Assembly (NCBI GenBank): GCA_002269645.1
Contig: NIVC01002528.1
Location: 62,001-126,000, forward strand
DNA: 64,000 nucleotides
From: Macrostomum lignano
Taxonomy: Eukaryota
Reading direction: 5' to 3'
Shown piece after piece: positions 1 through 12,600 of the stretch (position 1 is its first letter; the number at the start of each line of letters is the position of its first letter). A program made the position numbers and the translations under genes. The notes beneath the pieces were generated by a model. That model saw nothing but the letters and a program-made list of their open reading frames with translations. It was not told the origin of the DNA and searched no databases.

Positions 1-564
1 CCCTTTAATATAATCCCGATTCCCTTTAATATAATCCCGATTCCTTTTGATATAATCCCGATTCCCCTAGCTATAATCCCGATTCCTTCAGCTATAATCC
101 CAATTCCCCTTGCTATAATCCCGATTCCCTCAGTTGTAATCCCGATTCCCCTAGCTATAATCCCGATTCCTTCAGCTATAATCCCAATTCCCCTTGCTAT
201 AATCCCGATTCCCCTAGCTATAATCCCGATTCCCTCAGCTATAATCCCGATTCCCTCAGCTATAATCCCGATTCCTTCAGCTATAATCCCAAATCCCTCA
301 GCTATAATCCCGATTCCTTCAGCTATAATCCCAATTCCCCTTGCTATAATCCCGATTCCCCTAGCTATAATCCCGATTCCCTCAGCTATAATCCCGATTC
401 CCTCAGCTATAATCCCGATTCCTTCAGCTATAATCCCAAATCCCTCAGCTATAATCCCGATTCCTTCAGCTATAATCCCAATTCCCTCTGCTATAATCCC
501 GATTCCCCTAGCTATAATCCCGATTCCCCTAGCTAAAATCCCGATTCCCCTAGCTATAATCCCG
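1..564. repeat. 21-bp minisatellite (CTATAATCCCGATTCCCTCAG) in the PSME4 intron upstream of exon 619
   Basis: Directly visible tandem array. Confidence 0.95.
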
Positions 565-618
565 AAACAGCAAGTAATAAAGTATATGCCAATTCCTATT
601 TAAAATTTCAATTTGCAG

Positions 619-3600
619 TCGGTCGCTTCACTAATCCGCAAGCTGCTCACTAAGCTGGTGCACCGGCTCACAGACGAGCGTCACGGTCATTCGCACAAAG
701 TCTGGTGGCGCCTACCGCCTAAGGAGGCACACATTAGCGACTCGCAAAGATTAGCCCTGTTCAACATGCTACTGGAGCCGGCTTTTATGCTAATCCACGC
801 TCGTGGCTACACTATCAGCATGGCTTCCTGCGCTAATCTGATTTGCCAGTTGAATCCCGGGCCGTTTTTACAGCGGCTGTTTGTTGAATTGCAGCCGGCT
901 CTGATGGATTCCAGTCAGCCTCATCGGCTCTGCGCTCTGTTGCTAATGGCCTCTAGAGTTGGATTGGCTATCGTGCGCTACTCTCCTGAAGAGGTGGTGC
1001 CGCTGTTGCACAGGTGCGTACAGGTGAAATAAATCTGCTAGGATGAAAGTTTCTATTCAAATAACCTGACCGAAGGATCCTCCTGACCTAAATAACCTCC
1101 CGACCTAAAACACCTGACCTAACTGACCTCCTGGCCTAAATGACCTGACCTAAATTACCTGACCTAAATGACTTGACCTAAATGACCTGACCTAAATGAC
1201 CTGACCTAAATGAACTCCTGACCTAAATGACCTGACCTAAATAAACTTCTGACCTAAATGACCTGACCTAAATGACCTCCTGACCTAAATTACCTCCTGA
1301 CCTAAATGACCTGACCTAAATAAACTTCTGACCTAAATGACCTGACCTAAATGACCTGACCTAAATAACCTTCTGACCTAAATGACCTCCTGACCTAAAT
1401 GAACTCCTGATCTAAACTACCTCCTGACGTAAATAATCTGCTGAGTTAGATTACCTCCTAACCTGAATAATCTCCTCACCGAAAGAACCAGACCTAAATG
1501 ATCCTTGATCGAGATAACCTGATTCTTAGTTCTAAAAAGAAATGCTTCCAATTAATTTTAATATATTATATTATTTAAGAAAAAGCCGTTCTTTTTTATC
1601 TTAGTGCGGGCTTGTCACAATACGCAGAGACTGTACCCCCTGTGTGAGCGTGTGTTTGAGTACGTGCCTGCGTGCAGTTTTGGCGCGCTTGCTTGTGCTC
1701 AGGAACGGGCAGAATTGCCATCAGCGTGTGTTGTGTGGAACGATTGATTGCGCCATAAATTTGTTTCTACCATACCAATCAATCCATTCCATCACCGCAG
1801 CGTACTGCCACTGCTCGAGCTGAGCAACCCGCTCCGCTTAGCGGCCGCTCTGTCACTAATTAAAGAACTCATTCACGAGATCTCTCTGGACACCTCGTTG
1901 GAAGAATTCTCCGCCTTATTCATGGACCGAGTCCTAGCCATAGCCGAGTCCCTGCTCACTGGCACCGGTTTTGGCGCCAGTTCAAAATCTGCAGCCGGCC
2001 TGTCTCCTCTGTTAGAGATATTCTACAACATGCTCATGCAAGGCAGCGACGAGATTCAATCTATTTTGATTAACAAGTTCAAGACTTGGTCAGCTGGGGC
2101 TGCTTATGAACCGGAGGGTGCAGCTAAGACCGTGCTGAGGCTGTTTGCCGCTTTCTCCGGCTCTCTGCCAAGCTCTATTGTGCCCTGGTGAGTTAACTTA
2201 CCCCTCATTATTAGGTTATGTTTTAGTGGAAGTCGATTTAAAATAGGTGAGATCTAGATTGCCTTCTTAGGGGTGAGAAGTAGACTGGTGTATTAAAAAT
2301 TGTAAGAAGTTAGTTGGAAATGGGTGAGATTGGAATGAGTGAGAACTGAGAAGTAGACTGTAATAAGTGAGAAGTAGATCGGAATGAGTGAGTGGGAAGT
2401 AGACTGGAATGAGTGAGAAATTGACTGGATTGGGTGAGAAGTAGAGATGGGAATGAGTGAGAAGTAGAGATTGGAATGAGTGAGAAGTAGAGATTGGAAT
2501 AATTGATAAGTAGAGATTGGAATGAGTGAGAAGTAGAGATGGGAATGAGTGAGAAGTAGAGATTGGAATGAGTGAGAAGTAGAGATGGGAATGAGTGAGA
2601 AGTAGAGATGGGAATGAGTGAGAAGTAGTGTTTGGAATGAGTGAGAAGTAGAGATGGGAATGAGTGAGAAGTAGAGATTGGAATGAGTGAGAAGTAGAGA
2701 TTGGATTGAGTGATAAGTAGAGATTGGAATGAGTGATAAGTAGAGATTGGAATGAGTGAGAAGTAGTGTTTGGAATGAGTGAGAAGTAGAGATGGGAATG
2801 AGTGAGAAGTAGAGATTGGAATGAGTGAGAAGTAGTGTTTGGAATGAGTGAGAAGTAGTGTTTGGAATGAGTGAGAAGTAGAGATTGGAATGAGTGAGAA
2901 GTAGAGATTGGAATGAGTGAGAAGTAGAGATTGGATTGAGTGATAAGTAGAGATTGGAATGAGTGAGGAATTGACTGGATTGGGTGAGAAGTAGAGATTG
3001 GAATGAGTGAGAAGTAGTGTTTGGAATGAGTGAGAAGTAGAGATTGGAATGAGTGAGAAGTAGAGATTGGAATGAGTGAGAAGTAGAGATTGGAATGAGT
3101 GAGAAGTAGAGATTGGAATGAGTGATAAGTAGAGATTGGAATGAGTGAGAAGTAGTGTTTGGAATGAGTGAGAAGTAGAGATTGGACTGAGTGAGAAGTA
3201 GAGATGGGAATGGGTGAGAAGTAGAGATTGGAATGAGTGAGAAGTAGAGATGGGAATGAGTGATAAGTAGAGATTGGACTGAGTGATAAGTAGAGATTGG
3301 ACTGAGTGAGAAGTAGAGATTGGACTGAGTGAGAAGTAGAGATGGGAATGGGTGAGAAGTAGAGATTGGACTGAGTGAGAAGTAGAGATTGGACTGAGTG
3401 AGAAGTAGAGATTGGACTGAGTGAGAAGTAGAGACTGGAATGAGTGGGAATGAAGCGAGAAATGGGATGAAGATTAAGATAGCTAGACTACTAAGAAACG
3501 AAATCGTTTAAGTGACAACACATTATTAAAAGTGCCATCGCCTTGGCGACAGAAGTTTTATTCAATATATCAATCGCATCTCTCTCGCCACCCAGGTGCA

Positions 3601-6600
3601 TCGAACAGGCGGTGGCCACATTGGAAGCCGAAGGCGGGCCCGAAGTTGCTCAGGAGGAGCGAGTCAGCTCCAAACTGCTGTGGGACATTGCCGCCCTAGA
3701 GAATGCTGTGTCAAATACTGACACCTTTATTGACAACTGTCTGATAGCTGGCAGAGATCAGCTGGCCTACGTATTGCGCTGCTGTCTGCGGGCTAAAGAT
3801 AAGCGGCTATCGAAATTAGCCCAGCGACTGTTTGTCGAACTGTCCACGGGCGGTCTGCTAGTGGAGCTCTATCCGACCCTGGACTGCCAGGCCTATAGGA
3901 AAATTGGCTGGGGTGAGCGCTGCCGACTGAAGGAGATGACCGTGTCCTGGCATCGGCCGCGTCAGGAGGAGCTCCAGCTGGTGCAATGGATGGCGGACAA
4001 GTTTCTCTGGCCTGAGGTGCAACTGTTGACTGAGCATCTTGACGAGACTAACGTGTTGGAGAAGCAGGTTGGCATTGGTTTAATGAGTTTATTTGTAAAC
4101 ACACCTCATCAATCAGTGTAAACACATCTCATCAATCAGTATAAACACACCTCGTCAATCAGTGTAAACACACCTCGTCAATCAGTGTAAACACATCTCA
4201 TCAATCAGTGTAAACACATCTCATCAATCAGTGTAAACACACCTCATCAATCAGTGTAAACACACCTCATCAATCAGGATAAACACACCTCGTCAATCAG
4301 GAATAAACACACCTCATCATTCAGGATAAACACATCTCATCAATCAGTATAAACACACCTCATCAATCAGTGTAAACACACCTCGTCAATCAGGAATAAA
4401 CACACCTCATCATTCAGGATAAACACATCTCATCAATCAGTATAAACACACCTCATCAATCAGTGTAAACTGTAAACACACCTCATCAATCAGTGTAAAC
4501 ACACCTCATCAATCAGTGTAAACACACCTCATCAATCAGTGTAAACACACCTCATCAATCAGTGTAAACACACCTCATCAATCAGGATAAACACATCTCA
4601 TCAATCAGGATAAACACATCTCATCAATCAGGATAAAAACATCCCATCAATCAGTGTAAACACACCTCATCAATCAGTGTAAACACATCTCATCAATCAG
4701 TGTAAACACATCTCATCAATCAGTGTAAACACACCTCGTCAATCAGTGTAAACACACCTCATCAATCAGTGTAAACACACCTCATCAATCAGTGTAAACA
4801 CACCTCGTCAATCAGGATAAACAGATCTCATCAATCAGTGTAAACACCTCATCAATCAGGTTAAACACATCTCATCAATCAGGATAATCTCATCAGCCAG
4901 TGTAAACACAAAGCTGGCCTCAATCCCCATTCAGGATCTGCTTCGCTGTGTCAGCTGTCTGTCAGCATTCGCTCAATCAGCTTGGCAAGTTCTGTCGCCG
5001 CCGCCAAATGAGGCGGACGATCCCACGGACTCCAACGCTGCTCCACCGTCTGACTATCCGCTATCCGTCAGCCTGCGTCAAGGCCCCAAGCTGCCCAGTC
5101 ACCTGCTGAGAAGAGGCGGCGACTCTGCAGCCCAATTAAGAATTCAACTTGGCAACGAGGGAGAAGAGAAACGCGACGCTCGACAGATTCTGTTGGATTT
5201 GTTTGTCAGACTGGCTAAGGCTATCGCTGCCACCGATTTGAGCGAAATATTGCAACAGGTTTGCTGCTATTCTTTCATTGTAACGACTGAATCTCTAAAG
5301 TATCTTAGAATAGGCCTTAAAGCGTTCCAAAAATGTGGATGAGTCATCCCCATATAATACTTAAGGTATTCCTAAAATCGTCCGTCAGAGCAGTTCAAGA
5401 AACATCCCGAGCTCTATTCCAAGAAACACACCTAAGTCATTCCAAGAAACATACCTAACTCATTCTAAGAAACACTTAGGTCATTCCAAGAAACACACCT
5501 TACTTATTCCAAGAAACACCCCTAACTCATTCCAGGAAACACGCATAATTCATTCCAAGAAACACCCCTAACTCATTCCAAGAAACACCCCTAACTCATT
5601 CCAGGAAACATCCCTAGCTCGTTCCAAGAAACATACCTAACTCTCATTCCAAAAAAACATCCTTAACTCGTTCCAAGAATCAAGAACATTCAAAGAATCG
5701 CTTTCTCAAGGGATATCCCATAAAACAGCAGATTCGAACCCCCGTCTCTCTCAACTGTCAGGCAATCGCCGGCATCACGGCTTTAATGCTGCCTGGTCCT
5801 CGAGTCTCAGTCACCAGCACGTTAGACGTACTCCGACTGCGCGACAACGCCGAGTCCGACTGGCTGCTGGAGCTTGGCCGCGGTCAGGACTCGGCAACAC
5901 GACATCTACGCCGTCTGACAGGTTTCTGTCAGCTGCGCAGTCAGTTAGCCTGGCCCAGAGCTAACAGTCGCCTGCCGGATATTGTTGACCAGTTGATTGG
6001 TCTAGTTGGCAGTCCGTATAGGACCGTGTCAACTGATGCCTCCGTTGCTCTGGTGCGGCTGTGCACTGAACTGGGACCCATTATTAGCGGATTCCGGCTG
6101 CTGGCGCCTGGGCTTGAACGGTTGGCCTCGAGCGATTGCGAGCATCAGGTAGGGCTGGAGGTATTTGTTTTAGATGCATTGAGAATAAGGTGCTTTTTAT
6201 TTGACGTTGCTAAGGTGTTTCTATGGCCTAGTTGCTATGGTGTTTCTATAGAATGGTTGCTATGATGTTTCTATGGCCTGGTTGCTATGGTGTTTCTATG
6301 GCCTGGTTGCTATAGTGGTTCTATGATCTGGTTGATTGGTGGTTCTATGATCTGGTTGCTATGGTGTTTCTATGGCCTGGTTGCTATGCTGTTTCTATAG
6401 AATGGTTGCTATGGTGCTTCTATGTACTGGTTACTATGGTACCATCATCATATGCTCTGGTACGTTGCTATGGAACTATCATAGCGCCTGGTTGTTATTG
6501 AATTTTTCATGGTCAGACAATTTTATGTTGTCGTCATGGCCCGGTTGCTATGTAATATGCAATATTAACTGTATAGCAGCTATTGTTACTGTTTACCTTT

Positions 6601-9600
6601 TTTTATCACTCTTGCAGGTTCTCGGCGCACTAACCCTAATGATTGGCGGCACAGCTCCGGGTTACGCTGCTATCAATCACCTGTTCTACGTGCCAGATTG
6701 GCAAGCTCGTCGGATTTTGTGCCGCTGCCTGGCTACTGTACAGCTCTCTGATCATAGTAACAAGGCCGAGGTATGTACTGTATTGGCTCCTGTGTCTGAC
6801 CCACATTGCCCGAATATGGGTCACGATAAACCGGTCTTTATTTGGAGCCGAGTTCCTGTATGACCCCTAGTCACACCTGATTGTGGGTCACTATGACCCC
6901 TAGTTACACCTGATTGTGGGTCACTCTATAACCCCTAGTTACACCTGATTGTGGGTCACTATGACCCCTAGTTACACCTGATTGTGGGTCACTATGACCC
7001 CTAGTTACACCTGATTGTGGGTCACTCTATAACCCCTAGTTACACCTGATTGTGGGTCACTCTATAACCCCTAGTTACACCTGATTGTGGGTCACTCTAT
7101 AACCCCTAGTCACACCTGATTGTGGGTCACTCTATAACCCCTAGTTACACCTGATTGTGGGTCACTCTATAACCCCTAGTCACACCTGATTGTGGGTCAC
7201 TCTATAACCCCTAGTTACACCTGATTGTGGGTCACTATGACCCCTAGTTACACCTGATTGTGGGTCACTATGACCCCTAGTTACACCTGATTGTGGGTCA
7301 CTCTATAACCCCTAGTTACACCTGATTGTGGGTCACTCTATAACCCCTAGTTACACCTGATTGTGGGTCACTCTATGACCCCTAGTTACACCTGATTGTG
7401 GGTCACTCTATGACCCCTAGTCACACCTGATTGTGGGTCACTCTATAACCCCTAGTTACACCTGATTGTGGGTCACTCTATGACCCCTAGTTACACCTGA
7501 TTGTGGGTCACTCTATAACCCCTAGTTACACCTGATTGTGGGTCACTCTATAACCCCTAGTCACACCTGATTGTGGGTCACTATGACCCCTAGTTACACC
7601 TGATTGTGGGTCACTATGACCCCTAGTTACACCTGATTGTGGGTCACTCTATAACCCCTAGTTACACCTGATTGTGGGTCACTCTATAACCCCTAGTCAC
7701 ACCTGATTGTGGGTCACTCTATAACCCTTGGTTACACCTGATTGAGATCGTCACGGTATGACCCCTGATTACATTGATTGTGTGTCACTCTATGACCCCT
7801 ATTATTACCCTCATCTTAGCCACTGTATGACCGATAATTAGACTTCAATCTACAGTCTCAAATGACGTCATATAGTTACTTAATTATTAGTCCCGATCGC
7901 CTTCATGACGTCACAGTAGTGTGAGTTCAACAAAGCCATTTGCATTCCAGGTGGAGGCCCTCATCCGCTCTTGCGTAGTGCAGATGTCTCGCAACTATCA
8001 CTCATTGGGCACGCACGATCCAGATTTAGCTAACAAGGTTGTCGCCGAACTGGCCGAACTGCAAGACCGCAGCAGCGGTTGGAAGTGCACCCATCTGACT
8101 GTGGACTCTCTGCAGTTCATTCTGCACCCGCGCCACCTGCCCAGTCAGCAATGGGTGCAGTTCTTTCTAAAAATAACTCTAGACGTGAATGTCAGGTGCA
8201 GGGAGCGAGCCTTCGCCTGTCTGGCTGCTTACGTCTGGCGTAGGAAGCGGCGAGCTGGTCGAGTCCTGCTGCCGCCGCCTCAGCCGGCTGGCTCTGCAGT
8301 CTTCACCGATCAATCCTCTTCGATTGTGGTTCACTCTGATTGGTATCGCAACGGCTGCGATCACGTGTTTGGCTTTCCTGACAGCAAGTCTAATGCGGTG
8401 TTTCAAGTGCGCGATCCCAATGCCCCGCCAGATTATGTTGATTGCAAATTGGACGAGAGTTTGCAATTGGTGAGTTGTCCTTCAAATCTTAGATTATTTT
8501 TGCAAGGATCGGTCCAACCATTCTGTCTCTTTAGAATGCCCATGACTTTAAGAATCATCCCTGTCTATTTTAAAATCGCCCCTGTCTGTTTTAGAATCGC
8601 CCCTGTCTGTTTTAGAATCGCCCCTGTCTTTTAGAATCGCCCCTGTCTTTTAGAATCGCCCCTGTCTGTTTTAGAATCGCCCCTGTCTGTTTTAGAATCG
8701 CCCCTGTCTTTTAGAATCGCCCCTGTCTTTTAGAATCGCCCCTTTCTATTTTAGAATCGCCCCTGTCTTTTTAGAATCGCCCCTGTCTTTTAGAATCGCC
8801 CCTGTCTTTTAGAATCGCCCCTTTCTATTTTAGAACCGCCCCTGTCTTTTTAGAATCGCCCCTGTCTTTTAGAATCGCCCCTGTCTGTTTTAGAATCGCC
8901 CCTGTCTGTTTTAGAATCGCCCCTGTCTTTTAGAATCGCCCCTGTCTTTTAGAATCGCCCCTGTCTTTTAGAATCGCCCCCGTCTTTTAGAATCGCCCCT
9001 GTCTTTAAGAATCGCCTCTGTCTTTTAGAATCGCCCCTGTCTATTTTAGAATCGCCCCTGTCTATTTTAGAATCGCCCTGCTTATTTTAGAATCGCTATG
9101 CTTATTTTAGAATCGCCCCTGTCTATTTTAGAATCGCCCTGCTTATTTTAGAATCGCCCCGCTTATTTTAGAATCGCCCCAGTCTATTTTAGAATCGCCC
9201 CTGTCTATTTTAGAATCGCCCCTGTCTTTAAGAATCGCCTGTCTTTTAGAATCGCCCCAGTCTATTTTAGAATCGCCCCTGTCTATTTTAGAATCGCCCC
9301 TGTCTTTAAGAATCGCCTGTCTTTTAGAATCGCCCCTGTCTATTTTAGAATCGCCCCTGTCTATTTTAGAATCGCCCCTGTCTATTTTAGAATCGCCCCT
9401 GTCTATTTTAGAATCGCCCTGCTTATTTTAGAATCGCCCCTGTCTATTTTTGAAACGCCCTGCTTATTTTAGAATCGCCCCGCTTTTTTTAGAATCGCCC
9501 CAGTCTATTTTAGAATCGCCCCTGTCTATTTTAGAATCGCCCCTGTCTGTTTTAGAATCGCCCCTGTCTTTTAGAATCGCCCCTGTCTTTTAGAATCGCC

Positions 9601-12600
9601 CCTGTCTGTTTTAGAATCGCCCCTGTCTGTTTTAGAATCGCCCCTGTCTTTTAGAATCGCCCCTGTCTTTTAGAATCGCCCCTTTCTATTTTAGAATCGC
9701 CCCTGTCTATTTTAGAATCGCCCCTTTCTATTTTAGAATCGCCCCTGTCTTTTTAGAATCGCCCCTGTCTTTTAGAATCGCCCCTGTCTTTTAGAATCGC
9801 CCCTTTCTATTTTAGAACCGCCCCTGTCTTTTTAGAATCGCCCCTGTCTTTTAGAATCGCCCCTGTCTGTTTTAGAATCGCCCCTGTCTGTTTTAGAATC
9901 GCCCCTGTCTTTTAGAATCGCCCCTGTCTTTTAGAATCGCCCCTGTCTTTTAGAATCGCCCCCGTCTTTTTAGAATCGCCCCTGTCTTTAAGAATCGCCT
10001 CTGTCTTTTAGAATCGCCCCTGTCTATTTTAGAATCGCCCCTGTCTATTTTAGAATCGCCCTGCTTATTTTAGAATCGCTATGCTTATTTTAGAATCGCC
10101 CCTGTCTATTTTAGAATCGCCCTGCTTATTTTAGAATCGCCCCGCTTATTTTAGAATCGCCCCAGTCTATTTTAGAATCGCCCCTGTCTATTTTAGAATC
10201 GCCCCTGTCTTTAAGAATCGCCTGTCTTTTAGAATCGCCCCAGTCTATTTAGAATCGCCCCTGTCTATTTTAGAATCGCCCCTGTCTTTAAGAATCGCCT
10301 GTCTTTTAGAATCGCCCCTGTCTATTTTAGAATCGCCCCTGTCTATTTTAGAATCGCCCCTGTCTATTTTAGAATCGCCCCTGTCTATTTTAGAATCGCC
10401 CTGCTTATTTTAGAATCGCCCCTTAGAATCGCCCCTGTCTATTTTTGAAACGCCCTGCTTATTTTAGAATCGCCCCGCTTTTTTAGAATCGCCCCAGTCT
10501 ATTTTAGAATCGCCCCTGTCTATTTTAGAATCGCCCCTGTCTTTAAGAATCGCCTGTCTTTTAGAATCGCCCCTGTCTATTTTAGAATCGCCCCTGTCTA
10601 TTTTAGAATCGCCCTGCTTATTTTATAATCGCTATGCTTATTTTAGAATCGCCCCTGTCTATTTTTGAAACGCCCTGCTTATTTTAGAATCGCCCCGCTT
10701 TTTTTAGAATCGCCCCTGTCTATTTTAGAATCGCCCCTGTCTATTTTAGAATCGCCCCTGTCTATTTTAGAATCGCCCCTGTCTTTTTAGAATCGCCCCT
10801 GTCTTTAAGAATCGCCTCTGTCTTTTAGAATCGCCCCTGTCTATTTTAGAATCGCCCCTGTCTATTTTAGAATCGCTTCTGTCTTTTAGAATCGCCCCTG
10901 TCTTTTAGAATCGCCCCTGTTTTTTAGAGTAGCCCTGTCTTTTAGAATCGCCCCGCTTATTTTAGAATCGCCCTGTCTTTTAGAATCGCCCTCTGCCTTC
11001 TAGAATCGCCATGCTCATGATCATTCCTAATCCGAAATCCCGACCACACGCAGATCCTGGACCACCTGGCTGCACCAGCAACGTGGACCAGCCTGTTAGG
11101 CTACTGCCGCAGCCGCGGTGGCCTTAACGACAATTTCTTAGCCAGCTTCGCTCATTTCGTCACCTGCGTCACCCGAGTCGCCGGGCCCAAAGGTGCCGCC
11201 AGTTTTCGATCGCCTCTGGCGGATCTCCTGGCCGAATCTTCCGACGCTGAAACGCATCAGGCCTGCCACAGTCTGGGGTCTACAATGTGGTTTGCCTTAG
11301 TTGCCGGGACTAAGCACTGGCTGTCAGAGGATAGGAATGAACTGTACCAGACCTGTCTGCTGCCTGCGCTGTTTAATGTGAGCTGTGTATCCCTGTTTTG
11401 ATGCTTAATTCCCTTTAGCATCCTAAAGATTTAGTATGTTTGGATTGACCCAGACTCCTTTCATCATGATCTTATCGCAACCCAGGTTCTCAAATCTCTT
11501 TATCATCCCACTCGAGATTCTCAAATCCCTTTATCAAACCAACCCAGATTCTTTATTCCCTTTATCATCCCAACCCATATTCTCAAATCCCCTCATTATC
11601 CCAACCCATATTCTCAAATCCCCTCATTATCCCAACCCATATTCTCAAATCCCCTCATTATCCCAACCCAGATTCTCAAATCCCCTCATTATCCCAACCC
11701 ATATTCTCAAATCCCTTCATCATGCCAACCCAGATTCTCAAATCCCCTTATAATCCCAACCCATATTCTCACATCCTCTCATAATCCCAACCCATATTCT
11801 CAAATCCCCTCATTATCCCAACCTATAGTCTCAAATCCCGTCATCATCCCAACCCATATTCTCAAATCCCCTCATTATCCCAACCAAGATTCTCAAATCC
11901 CTTCATCATGCCAACCCATATTCTCAAATCCCCTCATTATCCCAACCTATAGTCTCAAATCCCGTCATCATCCCAACCCATATTCTCAAATCCCCTCATT
12001 ATCCCAACCAAGATTCTCAAATCCCTTCATCATGCCAACCCATATTCTCAAATCCCCTCATTATCCCAACCAAGATTCTCAAATCCCTTCATCATGCCAA
12101 CCCATATTCTCAAATCCCCTCATTATCCCAACCTATAGTCTCAAATCCCGTCATCATCCCAACCCATATTCTCAAATCCCCTTATTATCCCAACCCAGAT
12201 TCTCAAATCCCCTCATTTTCCCAACCCAGATTCCCAATGCCCCTCATCACCTCAATCCAGCTTCCTAATCCCCACTCCCAATTACCCAGTGCCAGCCGTC
12301 CACAGACACGTGGGACACGTGGCGCACCAGCTACGTGAACCGGTTCCTGTGCAACAATCTGGACCCGGCCATCCTCTGGCCTCTGGCCGACCCGATCGGC
12401 ACTCGCGTCGCCGGATTTGACGCTGAAAATTTCACGCCGTCGTTGGATGCTTCGACCAATAATTCGTCTGCAACATCGGCTCGGTACTGCCTGCTGTTCA
12501 CCGTGCAGCGCCTGCTGCTGCAGTTCGGCAAGTGGCGCTACCCCAGCCGCATGGAGGCTTTGCTCAACGATCTGCTTAACCAGCGCCAGCTAGCCGGCCC

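Noticed and set aside
1021-1800. Alternative PSME4 donor at 1023 and acceptor at 1604
   Set aside because: Using the 1604 acceptor runs into a stop in either phase tested; 1013 to 1801 keeps the frame.
6860-7800. CRISPR-like appearance of the 30-35-bp repeats (also 26808-27762)
   Set aside because: The units are head-to-tail with no unique spacers, there are no cas genes, and they lie in spliceosomal introns of eukaryotic genes.
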